Source: Rozella allomycis CSF55 (taxonomy: Eukaryota). From it: a stretch of 64,000 nucleotides of DNA. The notes under the pieces are model-generated. The model was not told where the DNA came from and searched no databases. It was given only the letters and a program-made list of their open reading frames with translations. Shown piece after piece: positions 49,545 through 61,798 of this stretch (within the stretch, counting starts at the first letter, position 1; each line of letters begins with the position of its first letter). The stretch lies in the NCBI GenBank assembly GCA_000442015.1, contig KE561096.1, forward strand, positions 1 through 64,000, read 5' to 3'. Position numbers and translations under genes: made by a program.

Positions 49545-51118
49545 TTATAATGTTCTGTATTGTAAAGATGGAAATATTTTAGCAAGAGCATCTGATTTTT
49601 CTAAATATGCAGATTTAACGGAATGATCCAAACTCTGCAATAAATTTTTGCATTCATTGATTGGCATATCATAAACCCAAGTCATTTTAAAGTCTTTGTA
49701 CAATAAAGGAGCACAACCAAAACGTTTCATGAATTCATAACTTCTACGGGCTTTAATCTTTGTAAATTGAGTGTTTGGAAGCACGCTTTTGAAAGCATCA
49801 GGGGCGCTGTTGTAAAGGCCATTCTCTGAGAAGAATTTGTTCTTGTGTAACTTTGCTAATATAATAATATGGCAAAGAGCATCACTTTGTTAAAGTTTGA
49901 ATAATAAAATACTTTTTCAGGGCGTCAATGTAAATAGAGGCCAGTTCGGAAGAAGATTCTGTAATTTTCGAAAGTATCGGTGCATATTCATCGATATTAA
50001 ACGATTCATTCAGATGATCGTAAAACCAACCTTTTATTTTGTCCATTTTATTAGAGTTGGAACTTTCATGAAAATGATCTTTATTTCCTACCTTGAAGCA
50101 GAAAGTTGCACAGATTTTTCAATCACTTCAGGGACTGGAACAACTTTAGGTTGGCTAGAAGAAACACTGACTTTCCTTAAAACTTCGTTTTCATTGTTAA
50201 CTATAAAGACTTCTGTATTAGACGTGATCTTTATTTTAATCAAATTGTTTTCATCGCGCACAATAACAAATGTTTCTTCGCTTTCGTTGAGGCTGTAATT
50301 ATTTAAAAGAAAAAACATTACGCTTCAGTTTCAGCAGTAGATACCCTGGTCTTTTTCCTAACCGCTTCAGCTTTCGTATCAAGACTTTCTCTACTTCTTT
50401 TATTTAAGAGCTTTTGGTTATCATCTTCAGGCGAATCGGGAAGCAATTTATCTTCGACTTCATCTTCAAGACCCGCGTTTTCTTCTTCCAGGGATGATTT
50501 ACTTTCAGTAGCCGGGGAAAGTTTCTTCTCTTCAATCTCTGAATCCACTAAATTTATAACCTTTGCTTCTATTTTATTGGGTGTGTTGTTTATTAAATTC
50601 ATCAAATTCACATTCTTGGGACCGTTCATTTGTGGTGTACTCTCAGTTGGGGGTTTGTAGACAATAGGACTTTCTTTAGTCTTCTCGACATTTGTTTCAA
50701 CGTAGCTTAGCTTCGAAGGAGTATTCTTGGCAACGGTATTTCCATTCGCTCGAGGTGTAACTGGTGTCGGTTTGACTACAGAAGGGTAAACTTCACTAGT
50801 CCTTGGCGACTCTGGCTTTTTTGCTTTTGGCATCGGTATTATTTTTATTCCTTCCACTTTATCGCCACCAACGTGATTATTCATCTTTTTACACCGAATC
50901 CATAACGCAGACGCTATTGTACGAACACTGTCTAATAATTCTTCGTCTTCTAGATCAATCCACTGGTCATTATTAGCAGAAAAACATATTTTGTCAATAT
51001 AGTATACTCCCTCTAAATCCAATCTCGTTATTAAAACTTTCTTCAGTTCTTTGACGATTTTCACATTTGGACTGATGCGAATTTTAATTCTTTTTGCTTC
51101 AGGATTATCTTCAAACAT
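49545..51118 (-). CDS. Hypothetical multi-exon protein
   Basis: ORFs 50318-51193, 50088-50318 and 49545-49784 are linkable by short introns; no family recognised. Confidence 0.6.
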
Positions 51119-51247
51119 GATTGTGCATCGTATAAAATGCTCCTGTGCGTTTGTTGTCATAAAAACACAAAAGTGGCTAAGTCCTTTAGGCACAAAACTA
51201 TGTGAGAAATCATGACTACAAGCAAAAGATAAACATATACTGTTTAT

Positions 51248-51949
51248 TTAACTGGCGATTTCGGCGCTATCTAAAGAATCTTTTTCAATATTTCTAAGTG
51301 GCAGCAGTGCCTTGTCTGATTTTCGGTAGATGAACTTCAATAGTAACTGTACACTTGCAGATAAGCATCCTACAAAATTTGGGCCATAAACAAATGCGTC
51401 TTGAATTGCAATGCCATAAACAGTCCAGAGCAACCCATTAACCAAAGAGGCAACCGACAATCCAAAATGAATTGACACTGCTGATTTTTCCTTTACACAA
51501 TTTGCGAGAGTTGACAATGGAGAAATATAGAAGAATAAAAGCATGATAATACACATGTAACCCGCCATGGTTTGTGCTGCTGCTACATCTAACAACTGAG
51601 GAGCGATAGCAGAGTCAACAAGTAATATCAGAAATATGCCCAGAACAAGAATCGCATCGTAGTATTTTCTTTGTGGATTGTTTGCCACTCCATGGTGGTA
51701 AACATTGACAGTATACCACACACTTAATGTTAGGCCAGGTACGTTTGGAGTAATAATGTATATGTCTTTCACAAAAATGCCATAGAATATCCATGACAAG
51801 CAATTAAGAATCATGGTAATAGCAGCCAATGGATTAAAGTCATATTTGGTTGAGTGCACCATAAACGCTTTCATAGGGCTTAGAAATAAAAATATGCTAA
51901 TACACGCTCCTAGTGCAGGAACTATTTGACCTAAGAGAAAATCCGCCAT
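51248..51949 (-). CDS. SWEET (MtN3/saliva) sugar transporter
   Basis: 7-TM pattern with FLSPM, NCLSWIFYG, ITPN, YISPL, NGLLWTVYG, GPN; intronless. Confidence 0.92.
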   Translation of the reverse strand: MADFLLGQIVPALGACISIFLFLSPMKAFMVHSTKYDFNPLAAITMILNCLSWIFYGIFVKDIYIITPNVPGLTLSVWYTVNVYHHGVANNPQRKYYDAILVLGIFLILLVDSAIAPQLLDVAAAQTMAGYMCIIMLLFFYISPLSTLANCVKEKSAVSIHFGLSVASLVNGLLWTVYGIAIQDAFVYGPNFVGCLSASVQLLLKFIYRKSDKALLPLRNIEKDSLDSAEIAS

Positions 51950-54900
51950 GAGACAAAGAAAGCAATTTACGAATTCGAAATTTTTTTGATCTTCAAATAA
52001 AGAATACTTAAAATTTACAATTTATTTTTAATGTTCAGTTGTTCATGTTAATTAATAATTGATCTCTGTTAATGACTTAATGTTTGAAATCCTACGTATA
52101 ACGTACCTACGTATTAAATAGATTAATAGAATAGAAATAATTGCTGCTTGCTGCCTTCATTGAATATACCTTGAAAAAGTTCGAATCAAATACATGTTCA
52201 CGAGATCAAATATTGCTCTCCTTGGCCCAAAGGGGTTTGGCTTCATCTTATCTACTATATCGAGTGGCTTGGTCGGACCATGACATATAGAAAGTATAGG
52301 TAATCAGTGAAAGGTTCCAAATATATTCTTAAAACATTAATAATCCATATTCAAAATAGCGTTTTCAAGATAATTAAAGAGCAGTGATACGAACTCTTTA
52401 ATTCAGGAATTTTATATGTCTTTTCATTTAAAAGGTTCTCTTTATATCCTCTAAAGCTGTCAAAGAGAGGGTTCGAACCATGTCATTAGCGGGATTTTAC
52501 ATAATCTGACAATAATTCAATAAGTAAATCAAAGAACGAATTTGATTAATTTATCAACTAACTCAAAAACGTTTCTTAATCGAATGATGAATCATGGTTA
52601 TTAGGGCTTCACATAAATTAATAATTTCTATCACGTATTACGAAAGTATACCTTTAAGCTAATGAGTAACCTAAGCATCCTCTGGGCAACAAGCGCACAT
52701 TTAAGTTGCTAATTGGGTTCGTTCCAGTGCATCCAATATAAAGATAAATACCTGTCGAATGTCACTGCCGAATGTCAAGTTTGTGATGCACGTTAAAGAT
52801 CGCAACACATTTTTGCGTGAGTGGTATGACTTTCGTATCTACGTATGGCCTTTCGTCGAAATAAATTCGTATGTTGCTAACAATAACCGTGCCGCAATAC
52901 TTTAGAATTTTATGCCTAATTTGTAGGACCATTCGTTTATTGGCTACGCCATATAATCGACTACAACCGCGCATTTTTATTGTTATCATTAAATGGTGTT
53001 TTAGTCCATATTGTCTGTACTGTACTATAATAAGGACATTGGCATCACATGAATGTATCTAAATCAATACCTGCACGAATAGCCACAACAACAATCAGAT
53101 ACGAAATATCATTATGTTTATATTTCCTTTAGATATGGCGTTGTGCCAATTATTATAAAAGATTATTTAAATATCATGCCTAACGTCGAGACCTTAAAAA
53201 TATTGGACAAAATTACCGTTGGTTATGTCGACGCGGCGTGCCGTCGCCTGTCTCAGCTCATGAAAGCTATAAATAGCGGTTTTGCAATGCGTAGAATTAA
53301 CTAACGTGTTGTCTCCGGGACCGGACATTGTGATGACATTTTGTACCGGATACAAACAGACCCATTCTCCCGTGATTAAAAGTCTTACATGTTTTTTGTT
53401 TGAATGACAATGACCCAAACAAGTTGGCAGCCTGTTTGTATTCACGCGATATAATTTCACATGTTCATACATTTATATGGCAATGTAAGGAAGCGAACGT
53501 CGCGCCGGCGACAGCACTTCACAATTTGTTTTAGTTTCGCCGACTTCGGGCCTCCGCAAACAACTTAAATCCAAATAATAGATACACTCTATGCAGGACA
53601 TTTGGCACAACCTTTGTCTCCACTTTCTTGTATATCCCATATTAACATGGCAATTAATTTTGTATGCTCGAAGTTAACGACATATTTTTCTTAAGCCCGA
53701 ACATAAGTACTGCTAAAACCATAATTCATGTGAACCAACTAACATAATTCATATGATGCCAACGAAGGACTTGTTGGCATAGACACACGAACCATTGAAG
53801 GCCTCGTATGCATCCATACGACCGCGTGTATAGCAAAGCAAAACTAAAGGGGTATATGGACTGCCCACGTGTGCACGACTACCATACATGGCCCACAATC
53901 TAACAAAAAAACAATGCCAACCACCCACATGAGTTATGTCAGGGACCGGTCTAGTTATGTATATAAATATGTTGGCCATAGCCGCCCGAGGCTTTATATA
54001 CGTCTTAAATGCATACAGACTGCAAAAAGCACCATATGCATGCCCCGTCATCATTTCGACGACAACGCACGATAACGGTTCGGTATGTAATGTCCTCATG
54101 CGGGCGAAAACAAATGGTTATTTGTCGCCGCATCTATATGGCGGCGTAAACGCAAGAAATGTTAGAATAATTATGCCGCTTTGAACAACTTTATTCAGTT
54201 GTATTCTGGGAACACTATTAGAATGGAAATAGAATCTTTTTTAAACTACAGTCACCACAAACTTTGCCGGGACATTCCAAACGACATATTTAGTGTTCAA
54301 TATTACTTGAATGCATGTGTGCTTTTTAATTTTAATCCTTGCACATAGTCAAGTATTGCCAGTCTCAAGGCTACAATCCGCAGACAAACCTCAATTTCAA
54401 CGGTCGTGTATCGGTCATTAGTAATGTGTTGGTTTAATGTACGGCCGAATACAATAAATATTCAATATAGCAATCACTCGTTGGCTCACCAACAGCCCGA
54501 CATGCGACATGGACATTTGTGAAGCTATGGAAACTGATGATATGATGCTTTGATGTTCGGCATAACTTGTTTCCATATTTCATGTATACATTCATTTGTG
54601 TTGCGTATATCCATAATATCCACGTGCCAGTGAAATTTGCGTCCACACATGATGACGCCTTTGAACAATCAATCACGCAGTTTAAGATTTGGAGTCGTTT
54701 CCCGTTGCAAGTCAATAACAAAAAGTCTACACGCATCTACACATAGTTAATCACTCACAATTGGATTTATAGAACGTATTCTCAAGCATGATTTTGCTGA
54801 ATTAAAGTCACACTTAAAACTGCGTTCATCGGCAACTAAGTTTATTAGTTAGTCTTTGTCTCGTTATGCAAATTCTAGTTAGGATTAGATATTTAGTGTT

Positions 54901-54975
54901 TTTGTATTTAGCCGTAAGCAAAATGGAAATTTCTTATAAGAAAACGCCGCCTCAGCCCTTGTAATAGGCACCGGC

Positions 54976-56055
54976 ATGAACAGAAATACGGAAATGTTAA
55001 TCAAGTGTAATGTAGGGAGAACCAAAAATGAACAAATTTACAATTTTGAAAATTCGACTCAACAAAAACCAGGATCGAGAAGTGATAAGGAAAGAGTATT
55101 TGATAGTGAGGATGAAAACTCTGGACGAAATTCTACTGAAACGGATCCTTCATGTGATAGTGAATTCGATGATGATAGTTATAGCGGTCGTTCAACGAGT
55201 GAAAAGGTAAATGTACCTGCAGTTTACTCTTCTTTAAATAACGAAAGGCTGTTACCAGATACTCTGTGCCTAGATATACCGGCCGTACCCGTACCCGTGA
55301 TCAATAGTAATTTACCTGACAAAACTAAGCGCCGCTTATCTAAAGATGAATTTAATTGTTATGTATACTCTAGAGATGGAAAAAATAAATTTTGTTTCAA
55401 CAAGCTCCGATATGAAGGTGAAATCTACGGCGTTGATGATATTGTTTTCCTCCAACCTCCAGAAGGGGAACCTGCATACATTGCGAAAATTAAAAGGATA
55501 TATGTGAATGATCTTGATCAACTTGAGCCTGATGGAAAAGGTTTTCTTGTGTCTTCAAAATCATTGATGATAGAAAACCATTGGTATTTCAGGCCTTCGG
55601 ATTTACCCAAAGAAATTGATCAAAAGAAATATCATGTGAATCAAGTAATAGACTTTAAATTCCTATTATAGTTTGAAATATTTGAAAACTTGGAAGTTTC
55701 GAGTAACTCAGTGGAATGTATTATTTGCCGCGCTAATGTTTGGTCCCTTGATAAATTTTGTAGATACCAATCATATTTAGCCAAAAGAAAATATTTTAAT
55801 GAATTGAGGCAAATTCCACCTTCATTCACGACAATCCCTCCTAGAATAGAGAGTTATCACTCAGACGAATTCAACGAAAACAGTCTTAAAATTACCGTAG
55901 ATCCCGAGTATCTGGATGTTCTGAATGGAGATCACGAGAAGATATTCTTCTGTCAGAGAGGATATGATACTAAGAAGCATTTGATAGTGAACTTGGATTC
56001 AGTTAGATCCCAATTTGCCAAGCGAAGGCAATGGATTTCATTGTTAACTTACTAA
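54976..56055 (+). CDS. BAH-domain chromatin protein
   Basis: YGVDDIVFL...AYIAKIKRI...WYFRPSDL, then IFFCQRGYD in the next exon. Start uncertain. Confidence 0.8.
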
Positions 56056-56454
56056 ATAAATTAATTAACTTTTTGACTAAGAATTCTTATTAAATGAAGT
56101 CGAAGATCTTTTTTATTAAATCTGTCTTCGTTGTAATCAATTATTTCTCAAAGAAGTAAAATATTTTATTTAATTCATTAAAATATTTATTAAGACCTCA
56201 AGCGCGTAGGAATTTGTCATCAGGATGTCTATTTCTAAAAGCCCTTGGGCCTTGGTTCAAGTGTCAGTAAATTTAACAAATGTTGATAAACTCGATTCTT
56301 TCATAATGAGGCTCACCATTACGGCTTTATAATTCTAAATAAGTGAACTAGAAAGACGCTTGGTTAAGAATGAAACACACAACAGTCCGACAGTCAGTCA
56401 CTTACACAACTACTCCCTCCACAGCTACTCAACTCATCAAAACGACGGGACAAA

Positions 56455-56735
56455 GCATTTCATAAAACTCCATGTGATGTGTTCATAAAGAAAGTAATGC
56501 AGGAAAAGATCTACTCTCTTCCGCGGTATTCCTTTCCTCAGTCTCCGCCTGAGGTTTTACCGGTGCCGCCTATGATCCGTCACTCTGACGGAATCAGTCT
56601 ATAGGTGATTTGCCCATGTACATGGCAATCGCGATCTGGAAGATCCATCTTTGAATGGTTAACTGGATTAGGTGTGACAGTTCTCCTCAGAACTCAGTCA
56701 CGTCCAGACATGGTTGCATTTTATGGTTATGCTGT
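56455..56735. ncRNA. Candidate structured RNA or element (hairpin cluster)
   Basis: Hairpins CCTCAG/CTGAGG, TCCGTCA/TGACGGA, TTGCC/GGCAA, CTGGA..GTGAC-AGTTCT/AGAACT..GTCAC..TCCAG, plus a closing stem. Confidence 0.35.
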
Positions 56736-56744
56736 TTTGATACC

Positions 56745-58690
56745 CATCCATAATGACCATTATGGATCCATAATTATAATTCTAAAACTAATCCTTTAAT
56801 GCAAAACCAGATTTTATTTGTCGTTTTTCTTGTGGCGTACGATCTGACTGACTTCTTTAAAATTCCACATTGACCGATTTAGTTTCAAAAACATGAGCAT
56901 TTCCAAATTACGTGGAGTCATTGCATTACCCAAATTCAACTTGCATTGGCTGAATAATCGTTCACATTGATTGGATGTTGGAGGAATAAATGTCAAAATC
57001 TTCATATTCGCTCTCATCGCGTTTCCGTTTTTTGCTTGCTGAAGTTTTGCGGCGGCAAACCCCAACTGCTTTTCCTCTTCAGGAGTGAGTTGAATTAAAG
57101 CACGACTAAATGGTACCAAAGTCTCTTTTTCTTCCATCGTGAGCATCTCTTCCTTTTTCCAATCACTTTCACTAGGGCATTCTCAAATGCAACATTGTGA
57201 ACAATCTCCGCGTCAGTAGCCAAATAACCCCGCGTAGAAGGAAATTCTTCAATGACACTGTCAAAGAGAATTCTCACTTCTTCCATTGTCACATCACCTT
57301 GTAACGCGTTGGTGACAGAGTCCAATTTTGCCATTACTTCTTTCATTTCTTGAATAACAATTTGCTTTTTTGGAGAAGGCAAACAATCAAAAAGATCTCG
57401 ATCCATTTCATCAATAAATTCTTTTAGCTGAATATATACCCTGGCCATTGTATATTTTTCATTCCATCTTGTATCATTGTCAATAACAGGACTTAGGTTT
57501 GTCTTGTGTCTCAATTTTCCCCAATGCTTCAAACGTTTCAGTCTTTTCTCAAGTAATTTAGAAGAAAAACTAATAAATAAACTCCTAAGAGCAGTGAAAA
57601 ACTTTTTTATTTTATTCAAGGGTCGCATTTATACCCCGACCCTGGCATCTCACTTCTTTCCCCAAATTTCCTTCACCTTTTGCGGCTGTGTTATACCAAT
57701 AACATCGATATTTTTGCTAGATCTCTTGACTACCTCACTAAATAATAGGCCGGAAGTGAGAGCAGCCGGATTGCTAACTCTTCCACTTCCAACATTATTA
57801 ACTCCTTTAACTTAACCATAATTCCAGAATATCTTTGGTCCAGCAGTTGTTGGACTGCAAGGTTGAAGCGGTGGGAGACACACCCCAATGAAGGTACGTT
57901 GAAGGCGTTGGCTATTGATTTCATGAGATCACAATTTACCCCAACGTCACAATTTACCCCAACGATAAATTGCACAAAGTCACGCCCTTTCCCATAGATT
58001 TCAAGAGTGGCCTCCAAAAATGCAAAATGACTTTCCGTATCCAACGCTTCTTCATTCAGTAAGGGAGCCAAGGCCAAAAGCGTCAATGGTAAACGCGGTG
58101 TCACGGAAAAAGACCCACATAGTGATTTCCCGAATCTGTCCACTGATCGAACATTAATCCTCCTTTGTCAGGCAATTCTTTACTAATTTTTTCTTCCACA
58201 GACGCTACCAATAAATGTGCATATTGCACTTTTGATCTTTTCTTCCACAGACGCTACCAATAAATGTGCATATTGCAGAAAAGTATCAGAGTCCATTTTC
58301 TTCAATCGTGAATACTGTAGGAACAAAGGGTCTTCGCAAGAGGTATATGGTAGCGTACTTTTTCCAGTCAAAAGATCCAACCATCCAAACACATTTCTTT
58401 CTTTTTCAGTCGAAGATGGTATTTTTATTTCTTCTTTCCAATTCGGATGTTCTTTTTCAATGTGCTGCACAAGATTGGCGTACCTCTTGTTCTTCACTTG
58501 TTTTCGCTCAGATAAACAAAATCTACACTTCCATCGGTCTTCACCCATTGATTCAAAGTAAAACTTCGCTTTTTCACTGTTTGAGTAAGAGAGATTCATT
58601 GACAACAGTTTTTTTCACACCCAACCCTTGTATTATGTAACCGTCATGGGTTGGTCCCAGTCCATTATGGTATGGCCATAATGGAATCAT
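56745..58690 (-). mobile_element. Decayed hAT-superfamily DNA transposon
   Basis: BED finger (WKCRFC...LVQHIEKEHP), CVSHRFNLAV, DTRWN, C-terminal PTSNQCERLFS...LEMLMFL dimerisation motif; several frameshifts; CCATAATG/CATTATGG motifs at both ends. Confidence 0.88.
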
Positions 58691-58793
58691 TATTTTTTTC
58701 GGAACTTCATACGTCGATTATTTGATTTTTGAAAGACAAGAAGCTTAAAAATTACACTTTGCATTTTTATTTTTTTAATAATTGCTCAAGGGG

Positions 58794-59945
58794 TTAACAA
58801 TCACCAAATAATTCGTCTACGTACCAAAGCAAAGGATCGTCAGCGAGAATAGGATACAGAAACTCTGAAGATACAAAATTATCTTTTTCCAGCAGAAAAA
58901 TGTGATTTGTGTTACAATAATGGTCCTTTAGAGTATCTGAATTTTTAAACTTTGTATTGCAAGTAATGCACGATAATTCACTAGTTTTCCTTCTGATATA
59001 ATTGATTAGCTTTATGCGTTCATAAACATCCAAACCTAGTCTGTAAATTTAAGTTTTAATACCTTTTGCAATCACAAATTCTTTAATGTCAAATTTAAAT
59101 TCATCTTTCACTTCCATGATTGCATCAAATGGAGTGTCAAAGTATCTTTGTCCAAAAAGACTCAAAGTTTGAGCTTCCTTTGAATTATCCCACCAATCTT
59201 CCCAAGTTTCCTTTTCACTTAAAATCTCTTGTTCATCATTCAAGTTAATCTCTTTTTTAAGCTCTACATAGTTTCTAAAATAGAATTTATCATAAATTAA
59301 ATTCTTGCTTGAAATTTTAAAATGTTTTTTCTTTCTCAGGTGATTTCTAAGAACAGTAAAACTTGGAAAGGTTTTCTCACAGTAAATACACTTCAAACTA
59401 ATCTCAATTTCATGTCACAATATTTACTCGTCTAACTTCTTTTTTAGAAGACTCATAAAGTCATCAAAGAGAACTATATTGTCAGGAGCACCGATGTTGA
59501 AGGAGTGTTCAATATACATATGCCTCACATATGATCTTTTATTAGTAAACACCTTCTTACAAAAAAGACATTGTCGGGCTTTAGTTTCAATACGTTCTTC
59601 TTCTTGTCTGTGTAGCAGTTTATCTAGTTTCTCTTTGTGTAGTTCATTTCTCAAAATTAAATCATTGCCAGCAGGCCCAGCACCTAGAATTGTGATTTCT
59701 CCTTCAAAACTATCGATTCCTTTGCACTTGTAATAATCTATATATTCTTGAAGAAAAGGTAAAACATCTTCTACATTGTTCACCGCTATTCTATGAATAT
59801 CAAAAAGATGTTTTAGAAAGCCCCAACTTGAATCAAAGCTTGTGTTGTTTTGACAAATTTCAAAGGTACAAATATATTTATCAGAGAAACTTGTCATTGA
59901 AGAGGGTGCCAAATCATAATAAAATGCGGCATTCTCTGAACTCAT
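58794..59945 (-). CDS. C2H2 zinc-finger protein ZNF277-like
   Basis: CLFC...HMYIEHSFNIGAPDNIV, CIYCEKTF...HLRKKKH...YDKFY, YERIKLINYIR. Confidence 0.85.
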
Positions 59946-60188
59946 AAACTATATTTTGATCCTCATGCGCCACTTCAAATCAAGCGTAAATTTCGAGTTC
60001 ACAACGTTTAAATTCTTCTTGGTGTCTATATTACTATCATGATTTGAACTTTGATACTTAGTCCGTTTAATTAAATTGAACATTATCGTAATATCAGGCT
60101 TTGGTGTTGATGAATGGATTGTATAAATATAAAAATATGATAAAATTAAAGCATATATTTACCATCATTTGTTAATTTTGTTTTATTA

Positions 60189-60461
60189 TTAGAGATCAAG
60201 GTCACCAAACTTTTCCTTAAAGGACTTGATATTTTCTGATTCTCCGGGTCCATTTGTCTTATTATCTTTAGTGTTCCAAGTTGGATGATTAAATGAGTCT
60301 TGTGTCAAAATAACATAAGGTTTTAAACTCGAAAGTGATAAAATTTCCATTGTTGCTCCATTTGTCAAAGTAATTTTTTGCTTGAAATGATTGGGGTACC
60401 TGACCTCCACGCCTCTGATTACTTTTAAATACTGACTACCAATACGATTCTGAATAGACAT
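60189..60461 (-). CDS. Mitochondrial ribosomal protein bL31m (MrpL36)-like
   Basis: FKQKITLTNGAT...QDSFNHPTWN...FKEKFG. Confidence 0.7.
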   Translation of the reverse strand: MSIQNRIGSQYLKVIRGVEVRYPNHFKQKITLTNGATMEILSLSSLKPYVILTQDSFNHPTWNTKDNKTNGPGESENIKSFKEKFGDLDL

Positions 60462-60481
60462 TCGAAAATTCCGTTTTAGAA

Positions 60482-61081
60482 ATGTCACATTATCGGTGTT
60501 TTTCATCATTTAAAGTAAGGGGATCTTGTTACGAAAATGTTGTTGCTTCAAAACTAAAAGATCTTAGTTTCGAATTAACGGTTACCGGAAAGTCTGGTGA
60601 CAAGGGAATAGACCTGAAAGGGTTCTGGGCTCTGCAAAGTGAAAAAATCCCAATAGCCGTTCAATGCAAATGCACCTCAAAGCCTATATCTGTTAGTGTT
60701 CTTCGCGAATTTGAAGGGGCTCTTTGTACATACCAAGTTATTAATCCGATAGGTATAATTGCAGTGACTACCAGACCGACGAAAAGTGCCATCGAATATA
60801 TGATGTCTTCCAGGCTCTCATTGATGTATTTATGTATTGATTACTACGGAAATTTCTTTTCTTGTTTAATGAATCCAAAGTTCTGTCAAGCACTTCCTGA
60901 ACTTACAGTTCTACAACCAATCGCCTTTGATTCGAAAGGATCAGAGCCAAAATTCATGTACCGCAATACACTTTTAAATAAATTATCAATACACTGCATT
61001 TATTTCATGCGTAGTATTTTTGTTTACCAACCCCTGTTGTCATTGCAAAATGAGTTCCCCAAGAAGGCGACTAGAGACTGA
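60482..61081 (+). CDS. Rrg7-like restriction-endonuclease-fold protein
   Basis: GKSGDKGIDLKGFW, VQCK, VLREFEG. Confidence 0.75.
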   Translation: MSHYRCFSSFKVRGSCYENVVASKLKDLSFELTVTGKSGDKGIDLKGFWALQSEKIPIAVQCKCTSKPISVSVLREFEGALCTYQVINPIGIIAVTTRPTKSAIEYMMSSRLSLMYLCIDYYGNFFSCLMNPKFCQALPELTVLQPIAFDSKGSEPKFMYRNTLLNKLSIHCIYFMRSIFVYQPLLSLQNEFPKKATRD

Positions 61082-61742
61082 TATGATGAAACTGTAAACT
61101 GATAGAAATTAATTAAATTAGACTTATGAGTGATTACGAAGTATCACTAGTAAACGACAATATGCAAGAATTTTATATCAAGTTTCATGGGCCTGAAGGA
61201 AGTAAATCATGCAGATAATATAAAAGGCAGCCCCTTACTCTGAAGGAGTGTGGAAAATACATGTAGAAATACCAGACCAATATCCATATAAGTCTCCCTC
61301 AATAGGATTCGTTAACAAAATCTTTCATCCAAATGTAGATGAAATGTAAATGATAAAGAGTTTTATAATTATAGGAGTGGATCTGTTTGCTTAGATGTAA
61401 TTAATCAAACCTGGAGCCCTATGTTTGGTAACCATTCATTAAATAACAGTAGATTAGATATGATAAACATTTTTGAAGTATTTTTGCCTCAACTGCTTAG
61501 ATATCCTAACCCAACTGATCCTCTAGTACGTTTTATATTGTTGGTGTAGTTAGAATGGAGAAGCTGCCGCTCTGTTATTGAGGGAACCAAGCTCTTATGA
61601 AACCAAAGTTAAAGAGTATATTAAAAGATTTGCAACAAAAGAAGCAATTGAAGCTGCTGAAAATCAAGCCGAAGAAGGCGGAGACGATGATCTAGAAGAA
61701 GACTCATTTTCGGACGATGATGCTCCAGGAATGGAATTGTAA
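61050..61742 (+). CDS. UBC8: Ubiquitin-conjugating enzyme E2, Ubc8/UBE2H
   Basis: [52 protein letters not shown]; five short introns; absent from the ORF track. Confidence 0.95.
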
Positions 61743-61798
61743 TATAAATTTAAAATCAGTTTTTATTGAATGCGTTGCTTTTCTTCGATGCTTTATAT

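Noticed and set aside
52150-52500. Coding-like fragment on the - strand (CHGPTKPLDIVDKMKPNPFGPRRAIF)
   Set aside because: Interrupted by stops and unrecognised; at most a remnant.
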